Both the position numbers and the translations under genes were made by a program. DNA of 32,968 bases, taken from sequence record NZ_CP081909.1; one strand, written 5' to 3'. Numbering within the stretch: position 1 is the first letter of the stretch; each line of letters opens with the position of its first letter. Below the pieces are notes generated by a model. That model was not told the origin of the DNA and did no database searches. It was given only the letters and a program-made list of their open reading frames with translations. Below, in pieces: positions 25,838 through 32,968 of the stretch. The stretch comes from a plasmid.

Positions 25838-26728
25838 ATGGATAAGGCCACGAAAACAAAAATAATCCTGTTCGCATCCCTGGGGATCTTCGTGCTGGTG
25901 GTGCTGGCCGTTACGCTGGCACTGACCGGGAAAGGGGACAACCGGGAAGAGGACGGGAGCGTGAACACTTCGCTTAGGGCACAGCAGCAAAGCGATTTTA
26001 CCCTGGACGATATGATGAATACGGACGGACGGCCGGAGTACGAGAATTTTACCGATGAAGTGTACCGGGAACGTTCGGGGGCTATGTACCGGGAAGATCC
26101 GGAAGTGATAGCCTTGCAGGAACAGTTAAGGCAGAACCAGAGAGCCGACAGTATGAAAGCGGCCGCAGCCATGAAACGGAGAACGGCGAAAGCCCGGCCG
26201 AAAAAGGAAACGCCGAAGAAGGAAGAGCCTGAAAGGACAGTAGGACGTTTCTTTTCGGGGGAAGAACCGGAGAACAAGGGGAACACGATAGAGGCCATTG
26301 TGTCGGGCGATCAGAAGATCACGAACGGGAGCGTGATAAAACTTGTCACGCTCCAGGAAATGCAACTGCCCGGCGGCATGGTGATTAACAAGGGGACGGC
26401 CGTTTTCGGGGTGGTGAAGCTCGCACAGGACAGGATCAATATAACGGTTGAATCCGTCCGGATCGGGAACAGCATCTATGAGATGCAAAAGACCGTGTAC
26501 GACAGGGACGGACTGCCCGGTATATATGTCCCCTTGAACATCAAGGCGGAAGCGACAAAGGAGGCGGCCGACGAGGTGGTTAGCGATATGAACGTTACCT
26601 CTTACGGGACGGACGTCCTAAGTACGGGGGTTAATGCGGTGAGCAATGCGGCAAAGAGCGTGTTCCGGAAGAAGAACAACCAGGTCGTTGTCACCGTGAA
26701 GTCGAACTATAAACTATATCTGAAATGA
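25838..26728 (+). CDS. traM: TraM-like protein (VirB10-like)
   Basis: N-terminal transmembrane helix, a charged low-complexity linker and a conserved C-terminal domain. Shorter than CTnDOT TraM. No traL-sized ORF lies between traK and this gene. Confidence 0.5.
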   Translation: MDKATKTKIILFASLGIFVLVVLAVTLALTGKGDNREEDGSVNTSLRAQQQSDFTLDDMMNTDGRPEYENFTDEVYRERSGAMYREDPEVIALQEQLRQNQRADSMKAAAAMKRRTAKARPKKETPKKEEPERTVGRFFSGEEPENKGNTIEAIVSGDQKITNGSVIKLVTLQEMQLPGGMVINKGTAVFGVVKLAQDRINITVESVRIGNSIYEMQKTVYDRDGLPGIYVPLNIKAEATKEAADEVVSDMNVTSYGTDVLSTGVNAVSNAAKSVFRKKNNQVVVTVKSNYKLYLK

Positions 26729-27822
26729 AAGCTATTTGTTCTTTTATCCTGGCGTTGGCCGTTTCCTCGGCCGGGGCGCAGATCCGCCCGGTGGAAAGCC
26801 TGCCTATCGCAGTGAATTATTCCAAGACGATACATCTTGTATTCCCCTCGGCCGTGAAGTATAACCAGGCCGTTACGGACTTCGTGGCCGTCGATAACCC
26901 GGAGAGCGTGCCTAATATCTTGCGCATAAAGGCCAACCGGAAAAGTTTCAGCAAGCAGACGACCGTCAGCGTGGCGACCGAGGGAGGTTTTTTCTATTCG
27001 TTTAACGTGGCCTATGCCGACAGCCTGGAGCATACGAACTATTTCCTGCCCGATATGTCGAGCATACGGCCGGACACTATCTATCTGAATGAGGTGTCGC
27101 AAACGCACCTGATCGCACCGGAAAAGGTGATTTATATAGATTACGGCGATACCTGCATACAGGTAAGCAAGGCCGAGAATACCGAGAATATCGTGCGAAT
27201 GATCGCAGCCACGGGAAAGGTGGAGGAATTTCCCAGGCAGACAAACGTGTCGCTGGCGACCGAAGGGGGGAAGTTCTACACGTTCAACGTGGATTATCGG
27301 CAGGAGCCGGAGGCGTTCGTCTATGAGATAGGGGAGAAACGGCCGGAGAAAAAGGCGAACGTGATCCTGACCGACAACATTATCCCGGCCGGGGAAAGGG
27401 ATCAGGTCATGAGCCGGGTGTATAACGCAAAAAGGGGGATATTCAACAAGGGGATCGTTCGCAACAAGATCGTTTTCTCCGTGAACAACCTGCATATATA
27501 TGATAACTTGCTCCTGTTTACCTTTGAGATCGAGAACAAAAGCAAACTGCCTTATGATATAGATTATATCCGGTATTACATCATCGACAAGAAAACGGCC
27601 AAGCTGACCGCATCCCAGGAAGTGGATCAGCAGGCTTTGTTCTCGGAGAATTATTCGCCCAGGATAGAGGGGAACGGCCGGATGAAATACGTGATCGCTT
27701 TCGATAAGTTCACCATTCCGGACGAGAAAGTTTTCCGTATCGAGATTAACGAGAAGAACGGAGGCCGTCACGTTCTTTTTGACCTGGAGAACAGCGACAT
27801 CGTGAATGTGGAGGATATTTAG
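26725..27822 (+). CDS. traN: TraN-like secreted protein (DUF4138-like) with an internal duplicated module
   Basis: Signal peptide. Internal repeat QTTVSVATEGGFFYSFNVAY / QTNVSLATEGGKFYTFNVDY. Confidence 0.6.
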   Translation: MKAICSFILALAVSSAGAQIRPVESLPIAVNYSKTIHLVFPSAVKYNQAVTDFVAVDNPESVPNILRIKANRKSFSKQTTVSVATEGGFFYSFNVAYADSLEHTNYFLPDMSSIRPDTIYLNEVSQTHLIAPEKVIYIDYGDTCIQVSKAENTENIVRMIAATGKVEEFPRQTNVSLATEGGKFYTFNVDYRQEPEAFVYEIGEKRPEKKANVILTDNIIPAGERDQVMSRVYNAKRGIFNKGIVRNKIVFSVNNLHIYDNLLLFTFEIENKSKLPYDIDYIRYYIIDKKTAKLTASQEVDQQALFSENYSPRIEGNGRMKYVIAFDKFTIPDEKVFRIEINEKNGGRHVLFDLENSDIVNVEDI

Positions 27823-28372
27823 CCTTGCGATCCTTGCGCTGATCCCTGTCGGCCGGGTGGGGGCGCAGGACAAACGTTCGCTGATCGTGGAGGTGTTGCA
27901 GACCGCAGGGGATTACGGGGACATCGCCCCGGTGTGGGGGATCGTCCAAAAGGACGGGGATATTTACCGTTTCGTCCCCTCTGTCGCACCCCTGAAAGAG
28001 AAATACCGGATCTCCGACCGTTACGGCTACCGGACGCATCCGATAAGCGGTGAAAGGCAGTTTCACGCAGGCCTGGATATGGCGGCGGTGTATGCGGCTA
28101 CCGTACACGCCGCAGCCAGTGGGACGGTGACGTTCGCAGGTGAAACGCCCGGATATGGGAAAACGGTAGTCGTTACGCACCGTTTCGGATTTCAGACCAG
28201 ATACGCACACCTGACACTCATTTACACCCGGAAAGGTGCGGAGGTGGAAAAGGGGGACGTGATCGGGTTCGTGGGAAGCACCGGGATAAGTACCGGGAAT
28301 CATTTGCATTATGAGGTGATAAAAAACCAAAAGAGAATAAACCCTTTAAATTTCATTTATGGAACTAAGTAA
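27806..28372 (+). CDS. Secreted M23-family (LytM-like) peptidoglycan endopeptidase
   Basis: Signal peptide. HxxxD-like GLDMAA and HLHYEV motifs characteristic of M23 peptidases. Embedded directly after traN. Confidence 0.8.
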   Translation: MWRIFSLAILALIPVGRVGAQDKRSLIVEVLQTAGDYGDIAPVWGIVQKDGDIYRFVPSVAPLKEKYRISDRYGYRTHPISGERQFHAGLDMAAVYAATVHAAASGTVTFAGETPGYGKTVVVTHRFGFQTRYAHLTLIYTRKGAEVEKGDVIGFVGSTGISTGNHLHYEVIKNQKRINPLNFIYGTK

Positions 28373-28568
28373 TGAATTGAAAGTAGAAAGGATCAGGCTA
28401 AGCCTGACGGCGAAAAGCGTTGCCGAGGAAATGGGGATCAGCCGCCAGCAGCTTTGCAACATCGAGCAGTCGGAAACCGCCCCCGTGGTGGTGAAATACA
28501 TCGCTTTTCTAAGGAGCAAAGGGGTGGATCTGAACGCTCTGTTTGACCGTATTATCGTGAACAAATAA
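28359..28568 (+). CDS. Small XRE-family helix-turn-helix protein
   Basis: 69 aa. LTAKSVAEEMGISRQQLCNIEQ matches the Cro/C1-type HTH pattern. Overlaps the M23 gene end by 14 nt. Confidence 0.6.
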   Translation: MELSNELKVERIRLSLTAKSVAEEMGISRQQLCNIEQSETAPVVVKYIAFLRSKGVDLNALFDRIIVNK

Positions 28569-28578
28569 AATAAATCGT

Positions 28579-29286
28579 ATGAGAAAATTAGTTACCGCCT
28601 TGTGCGCTTTGGTCTTTTTGTCGTCTTGCGACGACGAACTGAAACTTGTCAGCCGGGATTTTTCCGTGACGCTGAAAAGTATAGACGTGGGTACGGCCGT
28701 AGTGGGGAAGCCCGTTAATTGCACCCTTACGATCTCGGATCTCGATCCGGACAACGGGGATCAGATATTGACACGCTTTGAGGTCAGGGACGGGGACGGC
28801 GTTATCCTGGTGGATAACAACGAATACAGCCCCGGAGAAACGTTTGAATATGATTTCAAGGCAAACAATCGGCTGGATTTCGATTTTATCCCGGCAACCG
28901 AGGGAGAGGCGTATATCGTCATGGGGGTAGCCAGCGAACTGGTGACACGATCCGACAGCATCAAGCTGAAAGTTTCCAGCCCGGAGATAAACATACGTTT
29001 CCAGAACGTGCCGGATCTTATGCTGGTATCGGAGGAAGCGGAATTTTATTTGCAGCTTGATACGGAACTTTACGGGGTGAAAGCGTCGGCCAGGTTCGTA
29101 AAGGGAAGCGGCCGGGTGTATATTTCCGGGTATGATGCGACAAGGGGCGAGGGCGTGGCACTGGAAAAAAACAACCTGGTGACGTTCCGGCCGGATGCGA
29201 CCGGGCAGGCGGTGATCGAGTTTACCGTTTCAAGCCGTTACGGTCTGCCAGTGAAAGAGAATGTAACGATACAAGTAAATCAATGA
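28579..29286 (+). CDS. Lipoprotein (possible TraO/TraQ-like late tra-operon component)
   Basis: Lipobox LVFLSSCDD. 235 aa, acidic and beta-rich. Confidence 0.45.
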   Translation: MRKLVTALCALVFLSSCDDELKLVSRDFSVTLKSIDVGTAVVGKPVNCTLTISDLDPDNGDQILTRFEVRDGDGVILVDNNEYSPGETFEYDFKANNRLDFDFIPATEGEAYIVMGVASELVTRSDSIKLKVSSPEINIRFQNVPDLMLVSEEAEFYLQLDTELYGVKASARFVKGSGRVYISGYDATRGEGVALEKNNLVTFRPDATGQAVIEFTVSSRYGLPVKENVTIQVNQ

Positions 29287-29290
29287 GGTT

Positions 29291-29797
29291 ATGAGAAAAA
29301 TTGCCGTATTATCGCTCTTTTTGTGCCTGGTGGCCGTGTGCAGGGCACAATATATCGGAAGCCAGTATATGAACGTGAAGCTGGGCTATATCGTGGATGA
29401 AAGTCAGGTGCAGGGGACGTTCGGTTTTGGAAAGGTGTACAAGGCTTTCAAGGTGGGGGCAAACCTTAATTACCGGAATCTAAACCGGGATCTGGTAAAG
29501 GCAAACACCGTGACGGTCGGCCCGGAGCTGGCCTATTACGCCCTGAAAGGACGGAAATTCTCGCTCCTGGGGATCGCAGCCGGGACGATCGGCTACCAGA
29601 AAGCCAAGGCGAAAAGCGATCTTGTGTACCTGGAGAAAAGCAAGGCTTTCGTGTATGGGTACGAGGTCGGGATAAGGCCGGAAATGTTGCTAAGCCCGAA
29701 AGTGGCTCTTTTTGCCGAATACAGGTTTGAAATGTTGTTTAACTCCATTCTCCGGAATAACAACCATGTCGGCCTGGGGTGCGTGATCTATTTATAA
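29291..29797 (+). CDS. Secreted outer-membrane beta-barrel-like protein
   Basis: Signal peptide MRKIAVLSLFLCLVAVCRAQ. Alternating amphipathic beta-strand pattern. C-terminal aromatic-rich terminus. Confidence 0.4.
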   Translation: MRKIAVLSLFLCLVAVCRAQYIGSQYMNVKLGYIVDESQVQGTFGFGKVYKAFKVGANLNYRNLNRDLVKANTVTVGPELAYYALKGRKFSLLGIAAGTIGYQKAKAKSDLVYLEKSKAFVYGYEVGIRPEMLLSPKVALFAEYRFEMLFNSILRNNNHVGLGCVIYL

Positions 29798-29815
29798 ACT
29801 TAAATAATTGAAGGT

Positions 29816-30271
29816 ATGAGAAAGTATTTGTATTTGTCAGCCGTATGCGTGTGCATGGCATTGTGTTTCGTCGGTTGCAGCAAGGACGACGACGAACCGG
29901 GAGGAAAAGGGGCGATGTATGAGGTAACGATCGAGCAGTCGGGAGATTTCCGCAGCTTCATTAAGTCGGTCGTGGTAGTCGCCAACGGTACGCAGTTGAA
30001 AGACGGGGCGACGGGGGAAAGCCTCGCAAGCCCGGTGATTCTAAGCGATGAAGAACTGGCCGTCGAAAAGGTGACGTTAAGCACGACGGGAAAGGCGATC
30101 GAGTTTGCCGTTTCCGGTGGTGTCGTGGACGGAGAGGACGGCGTTGTGAACGAGCCGATGCAGTGGGTAGTGACCGTTTACAAAAACGGAAAGGAGATCG
30201 AGAAAAAGAGCCTTGTTTTCCGGGACGGGAAGGAGATAAGTACGGATGATCTTAATCTGTATTATAATTGA
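29816..30271 (+). CDS. Lipoprotein, last gene of the tra-associated operon
   Basis: Lipobox CFVGCSKDDDE. 151 aa. Confidence 0.4.
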   Translation: MRKYLYLSAVCVCMALCFVGCSKDDDEPGGKGAMYEVTIEQSGDFRSFIKSVVVVANGTQLKDGATGESLASPVILSDEELAVEKVTLSTTGKAIEFAVSGGVVDGEDGVVNEPMQWVVTVYKNGKEIEKKSLVFRDGKEISTDDLNLYYN

Positions 30272-30312
30272 CGTGACGGCCTGAATGTCCCCCGGATGAA
30301 TGTTCGGGGGAT

Positions 30313-30407
30313 TCTTTTTCTTTTGGGCGTTCCCGTGGGACGGTCGGGCTTTACGCTCCAAGTCCTCGCCTAAAGGCTGTGGGCTTTACTCTGCAATCCC
30401 TAACGCA
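30313..30407 (+). repeat. Non-coding element C, copy 2 (immediately 3' of the tra operon)
   Basis: Same as above. Followed within 45 nt by element A and then element E. Confidence 0.5.
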
Positions 30408-30450
30408 ATTTTGGGTGTCCGCTTTGTCATTCTGTTACCGGGATTTGTCT

Positions 30451-30554
30451 GCATGGTGGGAGAACCGCACCGATCAGCCAGGCACGCAATATCATTTTGT
30501 CATTGCCAGCAGGCTGTTTTTATGGTGTAACGCTCCGATATTGCTTTCTTTTTG
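30451..30554 (+). repeat. Non-coding element A, right copy
   Basis: GCATGGTGGGAGAACCG.ACCGATCAGCC...TGTTTTTATGGTGTAACGC.CCGATAT.GCTTTCTTTTT, shared with the left copy. Confidence 0.5.
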
Positions 30555-30557
30555 ATA

Positions 30558-30606
30558 GATATGCAAATGCAAGAAGCCCCCCGGCGAAAACCCCGCCGGA
30601 GGCAAT
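30558..30606 (+). repeat. Element E (ATATGCAAATGCArGAAGCCCCC.GCGAAAACCCCGCCGGrGGCAAT), copy 1
   Basis: Near-identical copy at 31904-31950. The core GAAGCCCCC..AAAACCCCGCCGGAGGCA also occurs at 14166-14195 just past the sprT-like stop. CCGGCG/CGCCGG can form a short hairpin. Confidence 0.45.
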
Positions 30607-30615
30607 TATAGAAAG

Positions 30616-30656
30616 TCTGTGTATCATTTCCACAAAATGTGGAAATGATACACAGA
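30616..30656. promoter_or_regulatory. Perfect 19-bp-arm palindrome TCTGTGTATCATTTCCACA-aaa-TGTGGAAATGATACACAGA
   Basis: Read directly from the sequence. 41 nt with no mismatches. Lies between element E and the promoter region of the 30795 gene. Confidence 0.6.
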
Positions 30657-30794
30657 TAACAGTTCTTCAATAAATATATGTGTTTTTTGTATGCTTTTGA
30701 TTATCAGGTATATATGACTTGCTTATTTGTTTGGCACAATGTTTGTTCTTTGTCTTTCAGAAACCATATGTTAAATATTTAAATAGATTGGATT

Positions 30795-31100
30795 ATGAAA
30801 AAGGTATTATTTGCAGTAGCACTTGTTATGGGATTGGGTAGTTCAGTGGCATTCGCCGGCAACATGGTATCGGATGTTGAGATTGTGGTAATGGTGAACG
30901 ATTATAAGCCAATCGAGGTAAAGGATCTGCCGCAGGCGGTTCAGGACACGATCAAGAAGGATTTCGCAGACCTGACAATCAAGGAAGCCGCAGTTGAGGA
31001 AAGCGAGGAAGGCACAAAGACCTACAAGGTGACATTTACCGATGCAGAAGGCACGGACAGCGAAGTGTTCTTCAACGAGAAGGGCGAAGTCCTGAAATAA
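30795..31100 (+). CDS. Small secreted protein (PepSY-like fold suspected)
   Basis: Signal peptide. 101 aa. Ends at a strong bidirectional terminator. Confidence 0.4.
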   Translation: MKKVLFAVALVMGLGSSVAFAGNMVSDVEIVVMVNDYKPIEVKDLPQAVQDTIKKDFADLTIKEAAVEESEEGTKTYKVTFTDAEGTDSEVFFNEKGEVLK

Positions 31101-31131
31101 AGCAAATGAACAGCAAAAAGAGAATTCAATT

Positions 31132-31184
31132 AAACTGTGTCAGCAAAATTAATATTTTATTGCTTTGCTGACACAGTTTGTTTT
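31132..31184. terminator. Bidirectional terminator between convergent genes
   Basis: 16-bp perfect stem AAACTGTGTCAGCAAA / TTTGCTGACACAGTTT with an AT loop, followed by a T-run. Lies between 30795-31100 (+) and 31183-31626 (-). Confidence 0.65.
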
Positions 31185-31626
31185 ACAGCCCCTCCGGTTC
31201 CGGTGACTTGTAAGGCTTGAAAGCAACCCGAACTTCCTTATGCTCATCGATGACGAAAGTCTGCTCCGGCTCCACAGAACGAATAATGACGCCATTGACT
31301 TTCCAATACATGATTGTCCATGATTTGGAATGGGTAGCACGAAAATGCACCGTTGTGCCTTTCGCTATTTCAGCCGGAGAGATCAATTCTCCTATCTTTT
31401 CCGCAGCCGTATTTTCCAACTCCGGTTTAGCCGAAAGCTGACCTTCACCCTGATCCACACCAAATGCCAGCACTACTTTTTCCACTGCGGGAGGAAGAGG
31501 AGGATCTTCATCATTGTCACAAGAAACCGCAAATAGCGTAAGCCCATACAACAAAACAACGACAAAAGAGAGATAACCGATCTGTCTCATTAAGCCGATT
31601 TCTTTTTTTTCCATAGCAGTTTTCAT
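31183..31626 (-). CDS. Lipoprotein of unknown function
   Basis: Lipobox LFAVSCDNDED. Driven by the B promoter module with a near-consensus Bacteroides -7 element. Convergent with the previous gene. Confidence 0.45.
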   Translation of the reverse strand: MKTAMEKKEIGLMRQIGYLSFVVVLLYGLTLFAVSCDNDEDPPLPPAVEKVVLAFGVDQGEGQLSAKPELENTAAEKIGELISPAEIAKGTTVHFRATHSKSWTIMYWKVNGVIIRSVEPEQTFVIDEHKEVRVAFKPYKSPEPEGL

Positions 31627-31635
31627 AAGCTTATT

Positions 31636-31690
31636 TTTTGTTTACGACCGCATAAAGATAACAATTTGTTGGCTAAAAGGGTTTATTAAA
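31636..31690 (-). promoter_or_regulatory. Promoter module B, right copy, driving the 31183-31626 lipoprotein gene
   Basis: Same approximately 50-nt block. -7 element TATCTTTA lies 27 nt upstream of the ATG. Confidence 0.45.
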
Positions 31691-31903
31691 TATAGTGTTT
31701 ATCACTTAATGATTTAAGGTTAATATCCTGTAGGTTGCAGGGAGAACAAACGGGAACAGCCGTTCCCGCCCCTTTCGGATTGTATGCCAGCACCCCTAAA
31801 AAATGCCTTGTCAAAGACAAGTAGTAACACGCCTGTGTTACGTTTTCGACTTTTCAGCCGTCCGACCGCCACCCCGTCCGATTTGACTTGCCTTTGAGGT
31901 TAT

Positions 31904-31950
31904 ATATGCAAATGCAGGAAGCCCCCAGCGAAAACCCCGCCGGGGGCAAT
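31904..31950 (+). repeat. Element E, copy 2
   Basis: See copy 1. Confidence 0.45.
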
Positions 31951-31965
31951 ATTTTTAAACAGGCT

Positions 31966-32202
31966 TTAAAAATACACGTTCAGCATAAGGTATAAAAAGA
32001 CGTTCTTATCCTTAGTGCTGTGGTGTTCAAGTTCGAATTGGATTTTGTCCTCACGTGCGAGCCAACCTATTGCGCTGGCAGCTTCCAGGTCATTGAACCC
32101 TGTTGCATCCTTGACTTCTTGTAACGTCCATTTTCGGTGTACGTCTGTGCTTAATAAGCGCCAGAGTTTCCCTGCGTTCTCTCCGATGATGTGCTTATCC
32201 AT
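31966..32202 (-). CDS. Small winged-helix DNA-binding-like protein (paralog 1)
   Basis: 78 aa. Shares an AxGWLARExKIxxE core with the 32327-32527 protein. Confidence 0.4.
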   Translation of the reverse strand: MDKHIIGENAGKLWRLLSTDVHRKWTLQEVKDATGFNDLEAASAIGWLAREDKIQFELEHHSTKDKNVFLYLMLNVYF

Positions 32203-32326
32203 ACTTTGTTATTTGTTATAAATTGATAAATGGTTTCAAATGGATAATGAAAAGCACTTTTACATCAATAGTGTTACGCACTGCAAACATTCCAGCGTTT
32301 ATCGTTTATCCTTTTGATACGTTGTA

Positions 32327-32527
32327 TCACTCTTTCCTGATATACAGCAAACCGTTTCGCCGTTCGATGTATATCTTATTCTCACGTGCGAGCCACCCGG
32401 CGGCGAGTGCGGTTTCATCAGCCGCAAAATTTAGCCTTCTCGCAAGCTCGGCAATGGTTATAAGTCCGGTTTCTCCTAATTTTTCAAAGATGATCCCGGC
32501 TTTAAATCCTATATTTGCTTTTTCCAT
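32327..32527 (-). CDS. Small winged-helix DNA-binding-like protein (paralog 2)
   Basis: 66 aa. ITIAELARRLN..ADETALAAGWLARENKI. Paralogous to the adjacent gene. Confidence 0.4.
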   Translation of the reverse strand: MEKANIGFKAGIIFEKLGETGLITIAELARRLNFAADETALAAGWLARENKIYIERRNGLLYIRKE

Positions 32528-32700
32528 GATAAAGTTTATATTTTAATGGTTCAAAAATATGTATATATTTTATTATTCAAAGCGTGTAGAAATACAAATT
32601 AGAATTTACCCCGTTAATAAATTTTAACAATATAGATATTACGTTCTATTCATTTCATTTTGCGGATGAAAAGAACTTTACAACTCTATCTTATAGGGGG

Positions 32701-32922
32701 TTAATTTAGTAATACCTTACTGAAAAACAACGCTCTGAAACATTCCCTGTCACCGTTAAACAGGCACAAATATCTCCCCTTTACATCCTCAAAGAAGATA
32801 TAATACAGGCAGGAATTAATGCCGAATCTATTTGTTCCGATGATCTTTGCATGGCTTAATTTTTGGCGTACTTGTTTTTCCGTCAGCCCTTCGATGTATA
32901 TCAACCCTTTCATGTTTCCCAT
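32701..32922 (-). CDS. Hypothetical protein, possibly 5'-truncated by the window edge
   Basis: ORF-track entry only. AT-rich flank. Confidence 0.2.
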   Translation of the reverse strand: MGNMKGLIYIEGLTEKQVRQKLSHAKIIGTNRFGINSCLYYIFFEDVKGRYLCLFNGDRECFRALFFSKVLLN

Positions 32923-32968
32923 TTGTCCGGGGGTGATCTTAAGCGAACTAAGTAGTTCTTTGAGGTCA

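Larger units (their letters stand above)
4428..30271. mobile_element. Interior of a Bacteroidota conjugative element (partition, replication, mob and MPF_B-type tra modules). True ends, integrase and att sites are not identifiable in this window.
   Basis: Co-linear parA, rep with iterons, mobA/B/C (relaxase plus VirD4-like T4CP) and traE-traN with a VirB4-like TraG. The operon organisation is typical of CTnDOT-family elements. Boundaries are set at the first and last recognisable backbone genes only. Confidence 0.6.

Noticed and set aside
462-30554. Idea that the two copies of element A are a DGR template/variable repeat pair
   Set aside because: Differences between the copies are not adenine-specific, no reverse transcriptase is present, and neither copy lies in a credible target gene.
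297-31690. Idea that the A and B repeats are attL/attR duplications marking the element ends
   Set aside because: The copies are only about 85% identical and arranged B-A ... A-B rather than as identical direct duplications. No integrase is present, and they instead behave as promoter/leader modules of flanking genes.
1-32968. Search for CRISPR arrays, tRNA, rRNA, IS transposases or an integrase
   Set aside because: No run of three or more evenly spaced identical repeats with unique spacers. No tRNA-like T-loop or anticodon arms recognised. No DDE or tyrosine-recombinase motifs found. Element boundaries presumably lie outside the window.

Overview
The window is dominated by a Bacteroidota-type conjugative element (CTnDOT-like, MPF_B), with no integrase or element ends inside it. 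Coordinates of non-coding features are approximate (about ±5 nt); I worked from the sequence and ORF track only, with no searches.

Layout, left to right:
- 1-690: non-coding left flank carrying a candidate sRNA and two short sequence modules that recur at the right flank.
- 694-4247: a Mfa/Fim-like type-V fimbrial operon, preceded by an (AC)n microsatellite.
- 4428-5448 (-): a ParA partition ATPase with a small companion gene.
- 5673-9470: an accessory cassette of a small AT-rich gene, an Abi_2-like gene, a serine recombinase, a Fic protein and a small unknown gene.
- 9480-10487: a roughly 1-kb structured non-coding region.
- 10488-14147: ardC-like antirestriction gene, two translationally coupled unknown genes, a divergent wHTH regulator and a SprT-like metalloprotease.
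- 14423-15640: an iteron-flanked rep gene (-).
- 15960-20543: oriT-like inverted repeats followed by mobA-mobB-mobC (relaxase and T4CP).
- 20807-30271: a tra operon (traE, F, G, I, J, K, M, N) followed by an M23 peptidase, a small XRE HTH protein and three secreted or lipoprotein genes.
- 30300-32968: right flank of repeats, a perfect palindrome, small secreted/lipoprotein genes and two paralogous small wHTH genes.

The intergenic regions between parA and rep are linked by one recurring family of TAGTA/TACTA motifs and a composite TAGTATTWTTGTAATGYRCATTACA palindrome. No tRNA, rRNA, CRISPR array or transposase was recognised.

The most promising unexplored pieces are the Abi-recombinase-Fic cassette, the 1-kb structured non-coding element upstream of ardC, the unknown gene pair in the ardC/SprT island, and the shared non-coding modules (A, B, C, E) at both flanks.
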